Of a stretch of 64,000 bases of DNA, positions 58,153 through 64,000 are shown one piece after another. Location of the stretch: assembly GCA_964016885.1 (NCBI GenBank), contig OZ024744.1, positions 44,950,001 to 45,014,000 of the forward strand, read 5' to 3'. The notes beneath the pieces were generated by a model. That model worked only from the letters and a program-made list of their open reading frames with translations. It was not told where the DNA came from and made no database searches. The DNA is from Eledone cirrhosa (taxonomy: Eukaryota). Position 1 is the first letter of the stretch, and each line of letters begins with the position of its first letter. Position numbers and translations under genes: made by a program.

Positions 58153-61100
58153 GCACCAACGCCACCAACACCAACACCAACACCAACAACAACAACACCA
58201 CCACCAACAAAACCACTACCTCCACCACTACCACCAACACCACCAACACTAACACCAACACCACCACCAACAACAACACCACCAACAACAACAACACCAC
58301 CAACACCACTACCACCATCACCAACACCACCACCAGCACCACCAACACCACTACCCATACCAACAACATCAACCTCACCAACACCACCAGCAACACCACC
58401 ACCAACACCAACGCCACCACTACCACCAACACCACTACCACCACCACTATCACCAACACCAGCAACACCAGCATCAACACCACTACCAACACCACCACCA
58501 CCAACACCAACTCCAACACAACCAACACCACCAACACCACCATTACCACCACCATCATCACCAACACCACCACCAACACCAACACCAGCACCAGCACCAT
58601 CAACACCACTAACACCAACACCAACACCACCACCAACAGCAACGCCAACACACACACCACCAACACCACAAACCAACATCAACACAAACACCACCACCAC
58701 CAACACCACTACCATCAACACAAACACGACTATCACCAACACCAACACCACCAATGCCACCACCACCAACACAACCACCACCAACACCACTACCACCACC
58801 ACCAACACCAACAGCACTACCACCACCACCACCAACAACAGCTCGACCACCACCACTACCACCAACAAGAACAACACCACCACCAACACCACCACCAACA
58901 ACTAAACCACCAACAACAGCACCTCAAAGAACAACACCAACAACAACTACTCTACCAGCACCAACAATAGCAGCAAAACCAACACCAACACCACCACCAA
59001 CCCCACCACCAACACCACCAACACCACCAACAACACCAACACCACAAGGACCACCAACACCACCAGCAACACCAACACCAACATCACTAACACCAACATC
59101 AACACCACCAGCACCACCAACACCAACCCCACCACCAGCACCACCAACACCACCAACACCACCAGCAACACCAACACCAACATCACTAACACCAACATCA
59201 ACACCACCAACAACACCAACACTAACACCAACACCACCAGCACCACCAACACCACCACCGACACCACCAACACCAGCAACACCACCAGCACCACCAACAC
59301 CACCACCGACACCACCAACACCACCAACACCACCAAAACCAACAAACCACCAGCACCACCAACACCACCAGCACCACCACCAACACCAACATCAATAACA
59401 CCATCACCAACACCACCACCAACACCACCAACCCCACCACCGACACCAGCAACACCACCAACACCACCAACACCACCAACACCACCAGCACTACCAGCAC
59501 CACCACCACCACCAACATCACCATCAACACCAACACCACCAACACCACCAACACCACCAACAACACCAGCACCACCAACACCACCAGCAACACCACCACC
59601 AACATCACTAACACCAACATCAACACCACCAACAACACCAACACTAACACCAACACCACCAACACCACCAACCCCACCACAGACACCACCAACACCACCA
59701 ACACCACCAACACCACCAACACCACCGACACCACCAACACCACCAACACCACCAACACCACCATCAACACCACCACCAACACCACCATCAACACCAGCAC
59801 CAACATCAATAACACCAACACCAACACCACCACCAACAACACCAACACTAACACCAACACCACCAACACTACCAACCCCACCACCGACGCCAGCAACACC
59901 ACCAACACCACCAACACCACCAACACCACCAACACCACCAGCACCAACATCAATAACACCAACACCAACACAACCAACAACACCAACACCACCACCGACA
60001 CCACCAACACCACCAGCACCACTAGCACCACCACCAACAACAACACCACCAACACCACCAACATCACCAGCACCAACATCAATAACACCAACACCAGCAC
60101 CACCAACAACACCAACACCACCAGCACCAACATCAATAACACCAACACCAACACCACCAACAACACCAACACCACCACCAACAACACCAACACCACCACC
60201 AACACTACCACCGACACCTCCAACACCACCAACACCACCAGCACCAACACCACCACCAACAACAACACCACCACCAACACCACCACCGACACCACCAACA
60301 CCACCAGCACCAACATCAATAACACCAACACCAACACCAACACCAACATCATCACCAACACCACTAACACCACCAACACCACCACCACCACCACTAGCAC
60401 CACCAACACCACCAACACCACCAGCAACACCAACACCAACACCAACACCAACACCAACACCAACACCAACATCACCACCAACACCACCAACACCACCACC
60501 ACCACCAGCACCACTAGCACCACCAACACCACCAACACCACCAGCAACACCAACACCAACACCAACACCAACACCAACACCAACACCAACTTCATCACCA
60601 ACACCACCAACACCACCACCACCACCAGCAACACCAACACCAACATCACTAACACCAACATCAACACCACCAACAACACCAACACTAACACCAACACCAC
60701 CAACACGACCAACCCCACTACCGACACCACCAACACCACCAACACCACCAACACCACCAACACCACCAACCCCACCACCGACACCACCAACACCACCAAC
60801 ACCACCAGCACCAACATGAATAACACCAACACCAACACCACAGACATAACCAACACCACCAACACCAACACCACCAACAACACCAAAACCAACACCACCA
60901 ACACCACCAACGCCTCCACCATCACCAACACCAACATCAATAACACCAACACCAACACCACCACCAACACCACCATCAACACCAACACCAGCAGCAACAC
61001 CAGCACCACCAACACAACCAACACCACCAACACCACCGACACCACCAACACCACCAACACCACCAGCACCACCAACACCACCAGCACCAACATCAATAAC

Positions 61101-64000
61101 ACCAACATCAACACCACCAACCCCACCACCAACACCACCAACACCACCAGCACCACCAACACCAACCCCACCACCAGCACCACCAACACCAACAACACCA
61201 CCAACACCACCAGCACAAACATCAATAACACCAACATCAACACCACCAACAACACCAACACTAACACCAACACCACCAACACCAACACCAACACCAACTT
61301 CATCACCAACACCACCAACACCACCACCACCACCAGCAACACCAACACCAACATCACTAACACCAACATCAACACCACCAGCAACACCAACACTAACACC
61401 AACACCACCAACACGACCAACCCCACTACCGACACCACCAACACCACCAACACCACCAACCCCACCACCGACACCACCAACACCACCAACACCACCAGCA
61501 CCAACATGAATAACACCAACACCAACACCACAGACATAACCAACACCACCAACACCAACACCACCAACAACACCAAAACCAACACCACCAACACCACCAA
61601 CGCCTCCACCATCACCAACACAAACATCAATAACACCAACACCAACACCACCCCCGACACCACCATCAACACCAACACCAGCAGCAACACCAGCACCACC
61701 AACACAACCAACACCACCAACACCACCGACACCACCAAAACCACCATCAACACCAACACCAACAACACCACCAACACCAGCAGCAACACCAGCACCACCA
61801 GCACCACCAACACCACCGACACCACCAACACCACCAACACCACCAGCACCACCAACACCACCAGCACCAACATCAATAACACCAACATCAACACCACCAA
61901 CCCCACCACCAACACCACCAACACCACCAGCACCACCAACACCAACCCCACCACCAGCACCACCAACACCACCAACACCACCAACACCACCAGCACAAAC
62001 ATCAATAACACCAACATCAACACCACCAACAACACCAACACTAACACCAACACCACCAACCCCAACACCAACACCACCAACCCCACCACCAACACCACCA
62101 ACACCACCAGCACCAACATCAATAACACCAACACCAACACCACCGACACCACCGACACCAACATCAACACCACCAACCCCACCACCAACACCAACCCCAC
62201 CACCAACACCAACACCACCACCAACACCACCAACCCCACCACCAACACCACCAACACCACCAACACCAACACCACCACCAACACCACCAGCACCACCAAC
62301 ACCACCAGCACCAACATCAATAACACCAACACCAACACCACCATCAACACCACCACCAACACCACCATCACCAACATCAATAACACCAACACCAACACCA
62401 CCAACAACACCAACACCACCAGCACCAACATCAATAACACCAACACCAACACCACCAACAACAAGAACACCACCACCAGCACCACCACCGACACCACCAA
62501 CACCACCAACACCACCAGCACCAACACCACCAACAACAACAACATCACCACCAACACCACCACCGACACCACCAACACCACCAGCACCAACATCAATAAC
62601 ACCAACACCAACACCAACACCAACATCATCACCAACACCACCAACACCACCAACACCACCACCACCACCAGCACCACCAACACCACCAACACCACCAGCA
62701 ACACCAACACCAACACCAACACCAACACCAACACCAACATCACCACCAACACCACCAACACGACCACCACCACCAGCACCACTAGCACCACCAACACCAC
62801 CAACACCACCAGCAACACCACCAGCAACACCAACACCAACACCAACACCAACACCATCACCAACATCACCACCAACACCACCAAAACCACCACCACCACC
62901 AGCACCACCAACACCACCAACACTAACACCAACACCAACACCAACATCACTAACACCAACATCAACACCACCAACACCACCAACACGACCAACCCCACCA
63001 CCGACACCACCAACACCACCAACACCACCAACACCACCAACACCACCAACCCCACCACCGACACCACCAACACCACCAACACCACCAACACCACCAACGC
63101 CTCTACCATCACCAACACCTACATCAATAACACCAACACCAACACCACCACCAACACCACCATCAACACCAACACCAGCAGCAACACCAGCACCACCAAC
63201 ACCACCAACACCACCAACACCACCGACACCACCATCAACACCAACACCAACAACACCACCAACACCAGCAGCAACACCAGCACCACCAGCACCACCAACA
63301 CCACCGACACCACCACCACCAGCAACACCAACACCAACATCAATAACACCAACATCAACACCACCAACCCCACCACCAACACCACCAACACCACCAGCAC
63401 CACCAACACCAACCCCACCACCAGCACCACCAACACCACCAACACCACCAACACCACCAGCACAAACATCAATAACACCAACATCAACACCACCAACAAC
63501 ACCAACACTAACACCAACACCACCAACCCCAACACCAACACCACCAACCCCACCACCAACACCACCAACACCACCAGCACCAACATCAATAACACCAACA
63601 CCAACACCACCGACACCACCGACACCAACATCAACACCACCAACCCCACCACCAACACCAACCCCACCACCAACACCAACACCACCACCAACACCACCAA
63701 CCCCACCACCAACACCACCAACACCACCAACACCAACACCACCACCAACACCACCAGCACCAACATCAATAACACCAACACCAACACCACCATCAACACC
63801 ACCACCAACACCACCATCAACACCACCAGCAACAACATCAATAACACCAACACCACCACCACCAACAACACCAACACCACCACCAACACCACCACCGACA
63901 CCACCAACACCACCAACACCACCAGCACCAACACCACCAACAACAACAACACCACCACCAACACCACCACCGACACCACCAACACCACCAGCACCAACAT
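58153..64000. repeat. Large ACC/AAC/AGC triplet satellite with higher-order repeats, running off the window
   Basis: Strict triplet phase from ~59346 to 64000; rare marker ccaacatgaataac at 60811 and 61501 (spacing 690). Confidence 0.92.

Noticed and set aside
59222-64000. 1298-aa and 293-aa Val/Leu ORFs on the minus strand
   Set aside because: Antisense reading of the triplet satellite; implausible all-hydrophobic product.

Overview
Eukaryotic, AT-rich, microsatellite-saturated intergenic or intronic DNA. It is probably from an octopod cephalopod, judged from my recollection of the tRNA-derived SINE at 24571-24758; this is not verified. No host protein-coding gene is confidently identifiable; there is one exon-like segment at 16561-16714. 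The window holds many Penelope-like elements (PLEs; RT plus C-terminal GIY-YIG, pseudo-LTRs, inverted 5' ends), one intact R4/Dong-type RLE non-LTR ORF (18593-21985), decayed RTE and R4-like LINEs, SINEs, non-autonomous Helitrons, a pogo-like MITE and a >5.8 kb ACC/AAC triplet satellite. The main signal, invisible in the ORF track, is about 30 type I hammerhead ribozyme (HHR) motifs, intact or decayed, from roughly a dozen sequence families. They occur in (i) a ~434-bp non-coding retrozyme-like unit forming tandem and inverted arrays with a fixed hairpin terminus, (ii) small fold-back elements sitting in (TA)n, (iii) a U3-A8 compensated core variant in four families, and (iv) a CCGANGA-core variant with a 60-83 nt stem II insertion. 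All folds were derived by eye; none has been computed or tested.
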